NCBI GenBank assembly: GCA_965249545.1
Contig: CBDFMH010000005.1
Span: 512,328-576,327 of the forward strand
DNA length: 64,000 nucleotides
Direction of reading: 5' to 3'
Source of the DNA: Pirellulales bacterium
Lineage (GTDB): Bacteria; Planctomycetota; Planctomycetia; Pirellulales; UBA1268
Shown: positions 50,346 through 60,477 of the stretch, in pieces
Layout of the letters: every line of letters begins with the position of its first letter
Numbering within the stretch: position 1 is the stretch's first letter
Program-made: the position numbers and the translations under genes
The notes under the pieces: generated by a model
What the model was told of the DNA's origin: nothing
Seen by the model: only the letters and a program-made list of their open reading frames with translations
The model's database searches: none

Positions 50346-51239
50346 ATGATGATGCCTGTACAAAAAGAAAACGTATCTCCAGCCATTTCAAGCGACGGAG
50401 GATCAGGAATTTCTTCTGACCGCCTTCAAGCCGTTGCTCGGGGGGATAACGTTCCTGCTGAGCTACATGAAAGTGTTTTTGAGGCCACACCAGTCCTTAA
50501 AATCAATGCATTCAATCTCTGGTACGGCACGAAACAGGTCATTCACAACATTTCAATGCCCATTCCCAGAAATCAGGTTACGGCATTAGTTGGACCAAGT
50601 GGCTGCGGAAAATCAACGCTTCTGAGAAGTGTCAATCGAATGAATGATCTTCTTCAGAATGTGCAAGTCACCGGTGATATGCAACTGAATGGAGATTCTA
50701 TTTATGACTCTCGTATGGATGTCATCGACCTTCGTAAGAGAATGGGAATGGTTTTTCAGAAACCAAATCCTTTTCCAATGAGTATCTTTGAAAATGTAGT
50801 TTATGCACTGAGAATTGATGGTGAAAAAAATCGCAGTGTACTGGAAGAGGTTTGCGAAATCAGTCTTCGTGGCGCGGCATTATGGGATGAGGTGAAAGAC
50901 TGCTTGAATGATAGTGCCCTGAAACTTTCCGGAGGCCAACAACAACGCCTTTGCATCGCTCGTGCAGTAGCCGCTGAACCAGAAGTTCTTTTGCTTGACG
51001 AACCATGTTCCGCTCTTGACCCCATAGCAACAGGCAAAATTGAAGATCTCATTCAAGAACTACGTGGGCGGTACTCGGTCCTTATGGTTACGCATAATAT
51101 GCAGCAGGCCAGCCGTGCCAGTGACTATACAGCCTTTATATATCTAGGACGGCTGATTGAGTATGGCCCAACGTCAGACATCTTCACCAATCCTGTCTTA
51201 CAGGAGACGGAATCCTACGTTACTGGTCGGTTCGGATAA
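50346..51239 (+). CDS. pstB: Phosphate ABC transporter ATP-binding protein
   Basis: GPSGCGKST Walker [15 protein letters not shown] signature, [12 protein letters not shown] Walker B. Confidence 0.95.
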   Translation: MMMPVQKENVSPAISSDGGSGISSDRLQAVARGDNVPAELHESVFEATPVLKINAFNLWYGTKQVIHNISMPIPRNQVTALVGPSGCGKSTLLRSVNRMNDLLQNVQVTGDMQLNGDSIYDSRMDVIDLRKRMGMVFQKPNPFPMSIFENVVYALRIDGEKNRSVLEEVCEISLRGAALWDEVKDCLNDSALKLSGGQQQRLCIARAVAAEPEVLLLDEPCSALDPIATGKIEDLIQELRGRYSVLMVTHNMQQASRASDYTAFIYLGRLIEYGPTSDIFTNPVLQETESYVTGRFG

Positions 51240-51281
51240 TTAACAGAAACATTTAACACTACCTGGCTAGGTTATTCCGTC

Positions 51282-51956
51282 ATGACACGTCACATTGAAC
51301 ACCAGATTGCCCAACTCAAGGATTCAATTCTACGCTTTGGAACAATTGTTGAAGAATCCATTAGTCGTTCTAATACTGCGCTTTTCAAACAAGATGTAGC
51401 CCTCGCCCAAAAAGTCATTGCAAATGACGCAGAGATCGATCGTCTTGAGGTCGAATTGGAAGAAGAGTGCCTGAAAGTCCTTGCTTTATATCAACCCGTA
51501 GCGGCTGATCTACGATTTGTTGTTGCGGCACTGAAAATCAACAACGACTTGGAAAGAATCGGGGATCTTGCGAGCAACATTGCAAAAACTGTCTCTCAAC
51601 TCACAACCACAGGCCCGTTCAAGCTACCTGAAGAAATTTCTAGTATGGCCAAGCAGGCCGAAGAGATGGTGAAAAACAGCCTCGATGCTGTGGTGAAGGC
51701 CGATCCAGACTTGGCTAGACAGGTACGAGAAGAAGACGATGTAGTTGATGCTGGTCGACAGGCAGTTCGCAAATTAGTCATGCAGCAAATTAAGAAAGAT
51801 CCAGAAAAGGTGGAAAGCCTGCTTCAAATTAATTCTGTATCGAAACACCTTGAGCGGATAGCCGATATGGCAACGAATATTGCAGAGGATGTTATTTATA
51901 TGGTTGAAGGAGAAATTGTTCGTCACCGACGCAGAGATGACATGAAGTCCACATAA
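51282..51956 (+). CDS. phoU: Phosphate-signalling regulator PhoU
   Basis: 224 aa. Duplicated helical repeat with DLERIGDLASNIA and HLERIADMATNIAEDV motifs. Follows pstB. Confidence 0.9.
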   Translation: MTRHIEHQIAQLKDSILRFGTIVEESISRSNTALFKQDVALAQKVIANDAEIDRLEVELEEECLKVLALYQPVAADLRFVVAALKINNDLERIGDLASNIAKTVSQLTTTGPFKLPEEISSMAKQAEEMVKNSLDAVVKADPDLARQVREEDDVVDAGRQAVRKLVMQQIKKDPEKVESLLQINSVSKHLERIADMATNIAEDVIYMVEGEIVRHRRRDDMKST

Positions 51957-51989
51957 CACGTATTTTTTCTCTGTCGTGCAGTGTGGTAT

Positions 51990-52226
51990 TCAATCCTCTT
52001 TTGATGTCCTCACCAACAGCGTAACAATTCTATTCACAAGTGGAGACACAATCATGATTGTCGGCCATGCAATAATCCATGAAATCCCCCACGCCTTGAA
52101 CCAATCTATAACAACTCCGGGCCTGATGCCGACATGGAGTAGAGTTATCACCAGCGACATGAGGCCAGACATTAAAACAGACATCACAAAAGAGAACACA
52201 AGCCCGTAAAACTTTTTTGGAAACAT
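51990..52226 (-). CDS. DUF2798-like small membrane protein
   Basis: 78 aa. FSFVMSVLMSGLMSLVITLL and WFKAWGISWIIAWP match my memory of DUF2798. Confidence 0.65.
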   Translation of the reverse strand: MFPKKFYGLVFSFVMSVLMSGLMSLVITLLHVGIRPGVVIDWFKAWGISWIIAWPTIMIVSPLVNRIVTLLVRTSKED

Positions 52227-52311
52227 ACGCCTGCCTGAAGACTTAATTTGGGTGACTCAATAAAGCCTAATCGGAATTTTCTCAAAATGACAAGGTGACG
52301 TTTAACAATCA

Positions 52312-53786
52312 CTACGTTCCACAAAACGTACAGTACGGCTGGCTTCCGGGTAACGCCCCTTTTTGATACGGCTCATTTTCTTTTGTTTTTGAAAAAGGTA
52401 ATTTGAATGCTTCCAGTAGACGATGCGTTGGCTCAAGATCTCCTGACTCTGCCGCGACAAGGGCTTCTTCAACTTTCAAATTTCTCGGGATTATGACCGG
52501 GTTTACAGTTTGCATCCGTTTTGCAACATCAACTACAGAACCAGGCTCCCGAGTTAATCGTTGCGACCATCGCTTGATCCAATCACTCAATCCGGTAACC
52601 TTGGAAAATCTGGACCCGCCTCAGATTGCTCGAGTCCATCAGCTAATGTGACGAATGTTTCCGTGAAATCTAATTGGGACTCTTCCATGATCTTGAGTAA
52701 ATCGCTATAGATTGCAGAGTCTTCTTTCTCCAGAGTTGTAAGACCAAGCTTTGCATTTGCACCAATCTGAAAATACTTCTCGTAGCACGAGGGGAACGTT
52801 TCCAGAATTTCAACAAACTTTCCAACCGCATCCTCTGGATTTCCTGGCACTACCTGAACAAGGCTCTCTGCTAACCGTGCCAGGTTCCACTGGGTGATCG
52901 ATGGTTGATTCTGAAAAGCATATCGACCTTGATGATCAATTGAGCTAAACACCGTCTCCGGATGATAGACATCAAGAAATGCACAAGGCCCATAATCGAT
53001 TGTTTCACCAGCAATAGAAACATTGTCTGTATTCATAACGCCGTGCACAAAACCGACAAGCATCCACCGCGACACCAGATCTGCTTGTCGATCGAGTACC
53101 GCCTGAAAGAATGCATAGGGCAAATCATCTGCGTTCCGTAATTCTGGATAATGCCGATCAACTGTATAAGCAAGTAGTTGTGAAAGATTCTCTTTATCAC
53201 CCAATGCGGCAGCATATTGGAATGTACCAACACGAATGTGACTCTTTGCTATCCGTGTCAGAATTGCTCCTGGCAATGGAGTACTTCTCAATACGCTTTC
53301 ACCAGTCGCTGTAACCGACAAGCTTCGTGTCGTCGGTATACCTAACGACTCCATGCCTTCACTGATGATGTATTCTCGAATCATTGGACCGAGTGCTGCT
53401 CGACCATCACCACTGCGCGAATAAGGTGTACGGCCCGATCCCTTGAGTTGAACATCTACTCGTTGCTTGTCAGGAGTCAGATGCTCCCCAAGCAAAATGG
53501 CCCGGCCATCACCGAGATTCGTAAAGTGCCCAAACTGATGCCCGGCATATGCCTGAGCTATTGGCATTGCCCCAGACGGTATTTCATTGCCTGCAAAGAC
53601 CTGCGGACCGTCTAATCGAAGATTCTCGATAGTGAGGCCAAGATCCTTGGCCACCGTTTCGTTTAAAAGAATCTGCCCAGCATGTCGTACCGGCTCAGGC
53701 TTTGTAGGAGAGAAGAAAACTTCTGGAAGGTGTGCAAAAGAATTATCAAAGCACCATCCTGCATCAGACTTTTTTTTTATCGACAC
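52312..53786 (-). pseudogene. selO: SelO/YdiU protein adenylyltransferase (AMPylase) split by a 1-nt frameshift
   Basis: The 399-aa ORF (53786-52587) carries the kinase-like core (GDGRAILLGE, QLKGSGRTPYSR, VHGVMNTDNVSIAGETIDYGP). The 92-aa ORF (52590-52312) carries the SelO C-terminus (NPVIIPRNLKVEEAL...YCTFCGT). The frames overlap at CCGGATTGAGTGATTGG. Confidence 0.8.
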
Positions 53787-53920
53787 AATATTTTCTTAAA
53801 ACAGTGAGTTACAAAAGGAACGAATGATGCTCCCTGACCAAGATTTGAGGCCTGAGGAGGAGTTGAAGTTTCTGTCGTATTATTCTGGTCTATAAGGGAT
53901 CAAAAAATCTACCAATTCGA

Positions 53921-54148
53921 TTATTCATCCAAAAACTCAAAACGTGCCTTGGGCTCACCAGATATCTCAACCGTTTCCAAAAACATTGCCAAGGGTCGAA
54001 CCCAGAGCCCTCGATCTCCATAATCGGCTCGATACACAACAAGTTTTTCAAGGGTTTCGCTATGTGAAGCAACACCAAGTACGACGTAATGATTTCCCTT
54101 GTAGTGTCGATAGCGGCCACATTTCAAGTCATGCATTGTCTTCACCAA
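53921..54148 (-). CDS. DUF1653 family small protein
   Basis: YRHYKGNHYVVLGVASHSETLEKLVVYRA...LWVRPLAMF matches the remembered DUF1653 signature. Confidence 0.75.
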   Translation of the reverse strand: MVKTMHDLKCGRYRHYKGNHYVVLGVASHSETLEKLVVYRADYGDRGLWVRPLAMFLETVEISGEPKARFEFLDE

Positions 54149-54358
54149 CCTTACACTACACTTCGGACGAGAGGAGCATACTTGACTGAATTCAAGTCAA
54201 AGACATACTCCAGAAAACGCCATTCCAAGCAACTCTATTTCTACCACAGAGAGACAGAGGACATTGTGTTGCTCTGCAGAAGCATTCGATTTAATTAAAG
54301 TCCCGATATGAATACATCCACCTAGTGTAGTCTCATCGCTCTTTTCATTTGATACAAG

Positions 54359-54757
54359 ATGATGCCTCAACACCTTTTTGTTTATGGGACGCTTCGGCCA
54401 CAATTAGCACATGGTGAAGCACAAGCCCTTATTGCTGCACTTAAAATAGTTGGATCGGCTACTGTTCAGGGCAAGTTGTATGACTTTGGTGCGTATCCTG
54501 GGGTCACAAATGAGAAGGGACTTGTGTTCGGAGACCTCCTTCTTCTCAGCAGCGCTGAACAACTACGTCTTCTGGATGCGTATGAGGAGTGCAACGGCAG
54601 CTCACCCCTCTTTACTCGTTCAATTACCACTGCTCGAATATCTGCTGGCACGTCGATTGCTGCTTGGATCTACCTGTTTTGTGGTCGAGCAGAGCCCGGC
54701 GTGTTGATTGCGAGTGGCGACTACCAACAGTACATGCGAAGCCGACTGAGTCACTGA
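54359..54757 (+). CDS. Gamma-glutamylcyclotransferase / AIG2-like family protein
   Basis: N-terminal LFVYGTLRP motif. 132 aa. GKLYDFGAYPG. Confidence 0.75.
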   Translation: MMPQHLFVYGTLRPQLAHGEAQALIAALKIVGSATVQGKLYDFGAYPGVTNEKGLVFGDLLLLSSAEQLRLLDAYEECNGSSPLFTRSITTARISAGTSIAAWIYLFCGRAEPGVLIASGDYQQYMRSRLSH

Positions 54758-55094
54758 GTACAACTGACTCCTCACAGAACGAGGTGAGATTTGCTATTTT
54801 TAGTAGCAATGTCCTCAAGGAATGCCAACTTTTCGGGCGTCTAGCACAGGTGAGTTGCAGAAGGAAGCCCAGTTTTTAAGATATGAACAGATGTTTCCGG
54901 ATGGCATGTCATTTGCTCCTTTTATCGGTTTGGTCTGTGACTATTTTCGACACCGAACAGGCGGCTGCATTCAAACGGAACTCCTCGGCTATTCTCGGCC
55001 CTGCCGGAGATGCAGATCGATGTCGCGTCGTCCTGCAGTCGACAGGCTTCAATGTTTTCTCATCCCCTCTCAAAACTAAGGACGAACTTCAGTT

Positions 55095-56120
55095 ATGAGC
55101 ACGAAATCCAAACTGGAATACATCTGGCTTGATGGTTATAAGCCAACACAAAGCCTTCGATCGAAGACTCGAGTTGAGTCAGATTTTGGTGGCACTCTTG
55201 AAGAGTGCCCAATGTGGTCTTTTGATGGCAGTAGCACTGAACAGGCAACTGGTGGTGATTCTGACTGTCTTTTAAAACCAGTAGCCGTTTTCCCAGATCC
55301 GGGCCGAAAGAATGGATACCTCGTCATGACCGAGGTGCTCAATGCTGATGGCTCACCTCACGAGTCGAATGGCCGGGCAACCATTGAGGATGATGATGAA
55401 GACTTCTGGTTTGGTTTTGAACAGGAGTATTTCCTGTGGTGTACAGCGAACAATAACCCACCAGGGTTTCCACTCGGGGGTTATCCTGCTCCGCAGGGGC
55501 CATACTACTGTTCCGTCGGTGCATCGAATGCCCACGGCCGAGACTGTGTCGATGAACATCTTGACGCCTGCCTTGAAGCCGGAATCAACGTTGAAGGAAT
55601 CAACGCTGAAGTAGCTGCCGGCCAGTGGGAATTCCAGGTTTTTGCCAAGGGTGCGAAACGTGCCGGTGATGAAATATGGGTTGCTCGGTACCTGCTTGAA
55701 CGCATTGGCGAAAAATATGGCTATGCAATTGATTGGCATCCGAAACCACTTGGAAAAACTGACTGGAACGGGTCTGGTATGCATGCAAACTTCTCAAATG
55801 AATTGATGCGTACATGTGGTGATAAAGAAGTCTTCACCACTATTTGCGAAGGTTTTGGTGGTGTTGTTGAACGGCATATTTCCGTTTATGGTGCCGACAA
55901 CGACCAACGCTTGACCGGTCAGCACGAGACGCAAAGCATTGACCAGTTTAGTTACGGTGTTTCTGACCGTGGTGCATCCATTCGTATTCCCGTTGGCACG
56001 ATTGATGATGGCTGGAAAGGCCGTCTTGAAGATCGCCGACCTGCATCGAATGCTGACCCATACAAGGTCGCTGCTGCAATTATCAAGACTGTCAAAGGTG
56101 CTGCCGGAGCTGCAGTCTGA
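55095..56120 (+). CDS. glnII: Glutamine synthetase type II
   Basis: EYIWLDGYKPTQSLRSKT, WSFDGSSTEQA, GINAEVAAGQWEFQV, DWNGSGMHANFS, FSYGVSDRGASIRIP, EDRRPASNADPY. 341 aa, typical GSII length. Confidence 0.9.
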   Translation: MSTKSKLEYIWLDGYKPTQSLRSKTRVESDFGGTLEECPMWSFDGSSTEQATGGDSDCLLKPVAVFPDPGRKNGYLVMTEVLNADGSPHESNGRATIEDDDEDFWFGFEQEYFLWCTANNNPPGFPLGGYPAPQGPYYCSVGASNAHGRDCVDEHLDACLEAGINVEGINAEVAAGQWEFQVFAKGAKRAGDEIWVARYLLERIGEKYGYAIDWHPKPLGKTDWNGSGMHANFSNELMRTCGDKEVFTTICEGFGGVVERHISVYGADNDQRLTGQHETQSIDQFSYGVSDRGASIRIPVGTIDDGWKGRLEDRRPASNADPYKVAAAIIKTVKGAAGAAV

Positions 56121-56149
56121 TTCTCAAGAAACATTTTGTTTCACACGAT

Positions 56150-56191
56150 AAAGGGTCTCCCGGAATTTTATTTCGGGAGACCCTTTCTTTT
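56150..56191. terminator. Bidirectional rho-independent terminator between glnII and the kinase gene
   Basis: AAGGGTCTCCCG (56151-56162), 11-nt loop, CGGGAGACCCTT (56174-56185). Flanked by an A-run upstream and TCTTTT downstream. Confidence 0.75.
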
Positions 56192-57203
56192 ACTGGTCCT
56201 GATTTTCAAGCTTACGAAGCACCTGAAGTGTGTACGCTGAGTCAAGAAGTCGCACTGCATCAAGCATCTCCTGCATTGTTTGGAATCGGTTTGCTGGTTT
56301 TTTCTCAAGCGCTTTCATAACAATGTCATCAAGTTCTTTTGGGATGTTTTTTTCGGGAGCAAGCGTTGATGGTGGGCATGGGTCATTATGAATAATATTC
56401 TCAAATGTTTCTTGAATCACACGACCCCGAAATGGCTCCCGAAGAGCAATTGCCTCGTATAGCACGACACCCATGCTGAAAATATCACTCCGTTCATCGA
56501 TTGTTGCCCGATTGGTATTCACTTGTTCAGGCGACATATAGAGTGGCGTACCAGGTCGATCTCCTGCCATGGTTAGGGACTGGTCTGCCTCCTCTTGCTG
56601 AATGACTTGTGGACGACCAGGTCCATCATCCGGCTGACCCCATACTTTAGCTACACCCCAATCAAGTAATATGACCTCGCCAAAATTACCCACCCAGATA
56701 TTTTCGGGCTTCACATCCCGGTGAATGACCCCTCTGGCGTGAGCATAGAGAAGAGCAAGTCCAGCGGTCATAACAATTTCTACTCGCCGGCGAAGATCAA
56801 ACTCTGCCACTGTGATGGGATCTTTCTGAGCAACACGTGACAGTATCGTAAACAAATTTTCCCCGGAAATACGTTTCATCGTAAAATAAAGACCCTGGCG
56901 GTGATCCCGACCAATGTCATAGACAGGAACAGTGTTTGGGTGCTGGAGTTGAGCTGTGATCCGTGCTTCTCGAAGGAGTCGCTGATTTTCTTGCTTATCA
57001 AGAAGATACTTTGTGAGTAACGACTTCATCACAACGGTTCGACCTGTCATTTGATCAAAGCAGGTTCGCAAAATTGCAGACCCCCCCCGAGCCATTTCGC
57101 GATAACCAGTGTATTTATCAACCCCCTCAGGAATCACCCTTGGAAGTGCGTAGTCCGTTGCGGAAAGAAAGATTGGGCCTTGACCATCTTCTTGCGATGG
57201 CAT
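56190..57203 (-). CDS. Ser/Thr protein kinase (kinase domain only)
   Basis: VVMKSL (VAIK-like), HRDVKPENI, DWGVAK, GTPLYMSPE motifs. 337 aa with no extra domain. Confidence 0.9.
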   Translation of the reverse strand: MPSQEDGQGPIFLSATDYALPRVIPEGVDKYTGYREMARGGSAILRTCFDQMTGRTVVMKSLLTKYLLDKQENQRLLREARITAQLQHPNTVPVYDIGRDHRQGLYFTMKRISGENLFTILSRVAQKDPITVAEFDLRRRVEIVMTAGLALLYAHARGVIHRDVKPENIWVGNFGEVILLDWGVAKVWGQPDDGPGRPQVIQQEEADQSLTMAGDRPGTPLYMSPEQVNTNRATIDERSDIFSMGVVLYEAIALREPFRGRVIQETFENIIHNDPCPPSTLAPEKNIPKELDDIVMKALEKKPANRFQTMQEMLDAVRLLDSAYTLQVLRKLENQDQ

Positions 57204-57274
57204 CGCGAACTCCTTTTAGAATAAAGTAAGGTAAGGCTGCCATACGACGGCCGCTGTATCAAGGGCTCTTCAAA

Positions 57275-58129
57275 ATGATACTGAAGTTTGTAGTACAAAC
57301 GTTTATTCGTTCTTATATTGTCTTACTCCTCGCTTCAACTCGTCCTATATGTGCACAAGTGACTTCACCACAGAGCCTCATTACCGGACATAGAGGAGCT
57401 TCTTCTGTTGCACCCGAAAACACCCTAGCCGCGTTTCACAAAGCGTGGGAAGTTGGCTGTGATGCTATTGAGGGTGACTTTCGGCTTACAAGTGATGGAA
57501 AAATCGTCTGCATACATGATTCGAATACACAAAGGACTACTGGCATCAATAAAGATGTCTCGAAGACATCACTCCGTTCGTTACAAGCACTTGATTTTGG
57601 TGCCTGGAAAGATGTGCATTACGCTGGAGAAACATGCCCAACGCTGGGCCAGGTCATTTTGACTGTTCCTCCACACGGACAACTCTTTGTTGAATTAAAG
57701 ACGGGGCCTGAAATCGTAGAACCACTCGCTGAGTGCCTTCAAAAATCATCGCTCCCAACAAGCCAAATTACACTTATTACATTTAATGAAAGCACTGCAA
57801 AGAAATGCCGGATGACTTTTCCAAACATTCGGATCCATTGGCTTACATATTTTCAACGTTGTGAAAATCAAACAGATACGTGGCTTCCGTCTGCTGAACA
57901 GATCGCGTCCACACTCGAACAAATCGGGGCGGACGGGGTTGGTCTTCAAGCACATCGTGATGCAGTAACAAAAAGCTTTCTTAACCAACTACGGAACGAA
58001 GGTGTCACTGAATTTCATGTCTGGACCGTCGATGATCCAGACGATGCGATTTTTTTTATTCGCGAAGGTGCTTTTGCAATAACGACAAATACACCTGCTC
58101 AATTAAGGCGGCACATTCAGTCTCACTAA
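57275..58129 (+). CDS. Secreted glycerophosphodiester phosphodiesterase (GDPD) family protein
   Basis: ITGHRGASSVAPENTLAAF, DAIEGDFRLTSDGKIVCIHD, HVWTVDD. Confidence 0.85.
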   Translation: MILKFVVQTFIRSYIVLLLASTRPICAQVTSPQSLITGHRGASSVAPENTLAAFHKAWEVGCDAIEGDFRLTSDGKIVCIHDSNTQRTTGINKDVSKTSLRSLQALDFGAWKDVHYAGETCPTLGQVILTVPPHGQLFVELKTGPEIVEPLAECLQKSSLPTSQITLITFNESTAKKCRMTFPNIRIHWLTYFQRCENQTDTWLPSAEQIASTLEQIGADGVGLQAHRDAVTKSFLNQLRNEGVTEFHVWTVDDPDDAIFFIREGAFAITTNTPAQLRRHIQSH

Positions 58130-58137
58130 GACATTCC

Positions 58138-58254
58138 ATGCCTGTCAACTCAGGAGACATGAATGATTCCACCGTCGTAGGAGATGCAAAAATACTTGCC
58201 ACCGACATTTCTTCTGGCAATGGTGTTATCCATGCCATCGATACTGTTCTGATT
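58138..58254 (+). pseudogene. Remnant of the 3' end of a fasciclin-domain gene
   Basis: The translation VVGDAKILATDISSGNGVIHAIDTVLI parallels the C-terminus of the intact neighbour ([28 protein letters not shown]). No N-terminal part is present. Confidence 0.5.
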
Positions 58255-58530
58255 ACATGGCTTCTTGCATCGTTAGATCCCATCACAAAGTGGAGCGATT
58301 ACCTAGTGAACGTCTTGGTTGCCATTTTTGTTATCAACAATTTTAATTTTCTCAAAATGACAATAAACGTTGTAAAAAATTTGCATTCTTGGGTAAAAAT
58401 TCCACGATGGTTGCTCCTCTGGTCACGTGTATACGGGACCACTCCCCACCAGCAGAACAAAGTCTATAATGTAGCCGTTCGTATTTTTGGAGCTACCAAA
58501 AACAGCTCTTACTCGTAAAAGGAAAATCCT

Positions 58531-59031
58531 ATGTCCTACCGATCACTCGGTATCGTATTGGCAGTCGCATGTGCACTAATCGGTGCTCGTACTGCAACAG
58601 CCGGTTGTGGCACCTGTGACAAAACAGTTGTTGAAAATGCAGCAAACAATGAAAGTTTTAGCACCCTCGTTGCAGCAGTGAAGGCAGCGGGACTCGCCGA
58701 AACGCTTTCAGGCAGTGGGCCATTTACCGTCTTTGCTCCAACCAATGCCGCATTTGAAAAATTACCTGCTGGCACTGTTGAAAAACTTTTAAAGCCGGAG
58801 AACAAAGATCAACTTGTAAAAGTTTTGACGTATCATGTCGTGCCCGGAAAAGTCATGGCGAAAGATGTTGTCAAACTCAGTAAAGCCAAAACAGTTGAGG
58901 GATCCGAAGTCGCGATTGCCGTAAATGGTGGTGTCGTTACTGTCGATAATGCAAAGGTGATTAAGACTGATGTGAATTCCAGCAATGGTGTCATTCATGT
59001 CATTGATACAGTAATTCTTCCGAAAAACTAA
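58531..59031 (+). CDS. Secreted fasciclin (FAS1) domain protein
   Basis: Signal peptide. [42 protein letters not shown]...[13 protein letters not shown]. Confidence 0.9.
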   Translation: MSYRSLGIVLAVACALIGARTATAGCGTCDKTVVENAANNESFSTLVAAVKAAGLAETLSGSGPFTVFAPTNAAFEKLPAGTVEKLLKPENKDQLVKVLTYHVVPGKVMAKDVVKLSKAKTVEGSEVAIAVNGGVVTVDNAKVIKTDVNSSNGVIHVIDTVILPKN

Positions 59032-59061
59032 TCCGTTCCGAGAAGAGTGCACACACAGTTG

Positions 59062-59097
59062 AAAAGGCTGCCAGCGTAAGTTGGCAGCCTTTTTTCT
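59062..59097. terminator. Bidirectional rho-independent terminator
   Basis: AAAAGGCTGCCA (59062-59073), loop GCGTAAGT, TGGCAGCCTTTT (59082-59093), followed by a T-run. Lies between convergent genes. Confidence 0.75.
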
Positions 59098-59106
59098 TTG
59101 ACTATT

Positions 59107-59802
59107 CTATTGACAGAATTCATATCTTGAAATTAGTTGCAAAACCTTTGTAGACGTTTGACACAAAACAGAGTGCACGCCAAAATCATCAACGATACTT
59201 CTATTTGTTTCTGCCTGATCATCGCTTTTCTTCTCTAGATATATATATGGACTTGCCTGTGCAGGCGGAACTGATCGTTCAAAGTGATGCCGATACTCAA
59301 CAGGAAGACAGATCTTTTTGTCGATAAAATCACTTGCGGTAGATTCTTTAAATATCTCTCGAACTTCATACACCACCTTGATGTCCTCACCTTCTGGGGG
59401 CCCATCACGTAATATTTTTCCTGGAACAAATACCGCTTGGACTGGCCCAACCATTAACTCCGTTGGCTTTGATTCCTTCGTAAACCAAACTTTGACCCTA
59501 TACCGATTGGTGGTTTTGTCAGGAGCAGCAAGGTCATAGCCCACCAGACAGTTATCACTCACAGCTGACACTCCAAGTTGCGTGGGCCCGATCAGTGATT
59601 GCGTCCTGAGACGTCCATTTTGAGCATCGCCTAACGTAATGGAGTGCTCTACTGGTTTCTTAACTGATTCAATGCGTACCACCGCATACATCTCTTCAAA
59701 AGCAATACTCTGCACCTCTGCTGCTTCAACAAAGACGGCACTCATTGCCGTGAAGAGAAAAACACTCAGTGCTTCTTTTTTACATGTTGTTTTTATTTGC
59801 AT
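59107..59802 (-). CDS. Hypothetical secreted protein
   Basis: 231-aa ORF. Signal-like ALSVFLFTAMSAVFVEAAE. No recognised family. Confidence 0.6.
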   Translation of the reverse strand: MQIKTTCKKEALSVFLFTAMSAVFVEAAEVQSIAFEEMYAVVRIESVKKPVEHSITLGDAQNGRLRTQSLIGPTQLGVSAVSDNCLVGYDLAAPDKTTNRYRVKVWFTKESKPTELMVGPVQAVFVPGKILRDGPPEGEDIKVVYEVREIFKESTASDFIDKKICLPVEYRHHFERSVPPAQASPYIYLEKKSDDQAETNRSIVDDFGVHSVLCQTSTKVLQLISRYEFCQ

Positions 59803-59837
59803 GAATAAGTCCTTCTGAGCACTCTATCCTTCTTCTG

Positions 59838-60044
59838 CTATACCCGACGAGGGACAAAAAGACTTTTCAAGAGCGAACCCAAGATTACATATGCGAGAAT
59901 CATTGCGACTATGCGAACGATATACATAGTTATAAGATTTGGAGGACCTCCAGAAAGAGCCATCTGAATCATAAAAAGTCCAAGATAATGTCCCGCCAGC
60001 GGACAGAGAACAAAATAAATCAACACAAGAAGAAGGACACGCAT
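59838..60044 (-). CDS. Hypothetical small two-helix membrane protein
   Basis: 68 aa. Two hydrophobic segments (VLLLVLIYFVLCPLAG, IVRIVAMILAYVILGSLL). Confidence 0.45.
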   Translation of the reverse strand: MRVLLLVLIYFVLCPLAGHYLGLFMIQMALSGGPPNLITMYIVRIVAMILAYVILGSLLKSLFVPRRV

Positions 60045-60165
60045 TTGAAAACCAGCCGGAAGTAGGAACTGGAGAGGAGTAGCATTCTGATTCTACGGTT
60101 TCTTACAATAATTTCTCAGAAATTTTCTTCATGAAAATACAGACTCTCAGGTTCTCGCTCAAAGC

Positions 60166-60393
60166 GTGGTGTTGATGGAACATATGAATCTCGATCGTCT
60201 TGAGAGAATCATTCACATTCCAGTGAGTTCTCGACCAGACTGGCTAAAAAATGCCCGCCAGGATGCTGAAGAACTTCTCTGGCTGGCTAGTCGTGCAAGT
60301 ATGAATCACGATCTTGCTTCACTTGAGGAACTAGATCGGGAAGCAGGCTTCATGGCTGATAGGATTCAATACAGCATGGAAAACGATCTTTAA
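60166..60393 (+). CDS. Hypothetical small protein
   Basis: 75-aa ORF (GTG start, internal ATGs). Helical, acidic composition. Confidence 0.35.
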   Translation: MVLMEHMNLDRLERIIHIPVSSRPDWLKNARQDAEELLWLASRASMNHDLASLEELDREAGFMADRIQYSMENDL

Positions 60394-60477
60394 AAGAAAG
60401 AACAGTTTCCTCAGGCCTGTAACGGCTGAAGAAACTGTTCTTAATCGTTGTATTACTGACGATTTTGATTGGTTCGA

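Noticed and set aside
54758-55094. Possible glutamine riboswitch or NtcA-type site in the glnII leader
   Set aside because: I could not find the conserved glnA-motif core or a GTA-N8-TAC site by eye. Only weak 4-5-bp hairpins are present.
58255-58518. Remainder of ORF 58138-58518 after the fasciclin-like segment
   Set aside because: There is no similarity to the FAS1 domain beyond ~58254. The sequence is AT-rich with hydrophobic read-through, consistent with non-coding sequence upstream of the intact fasciclin gene.
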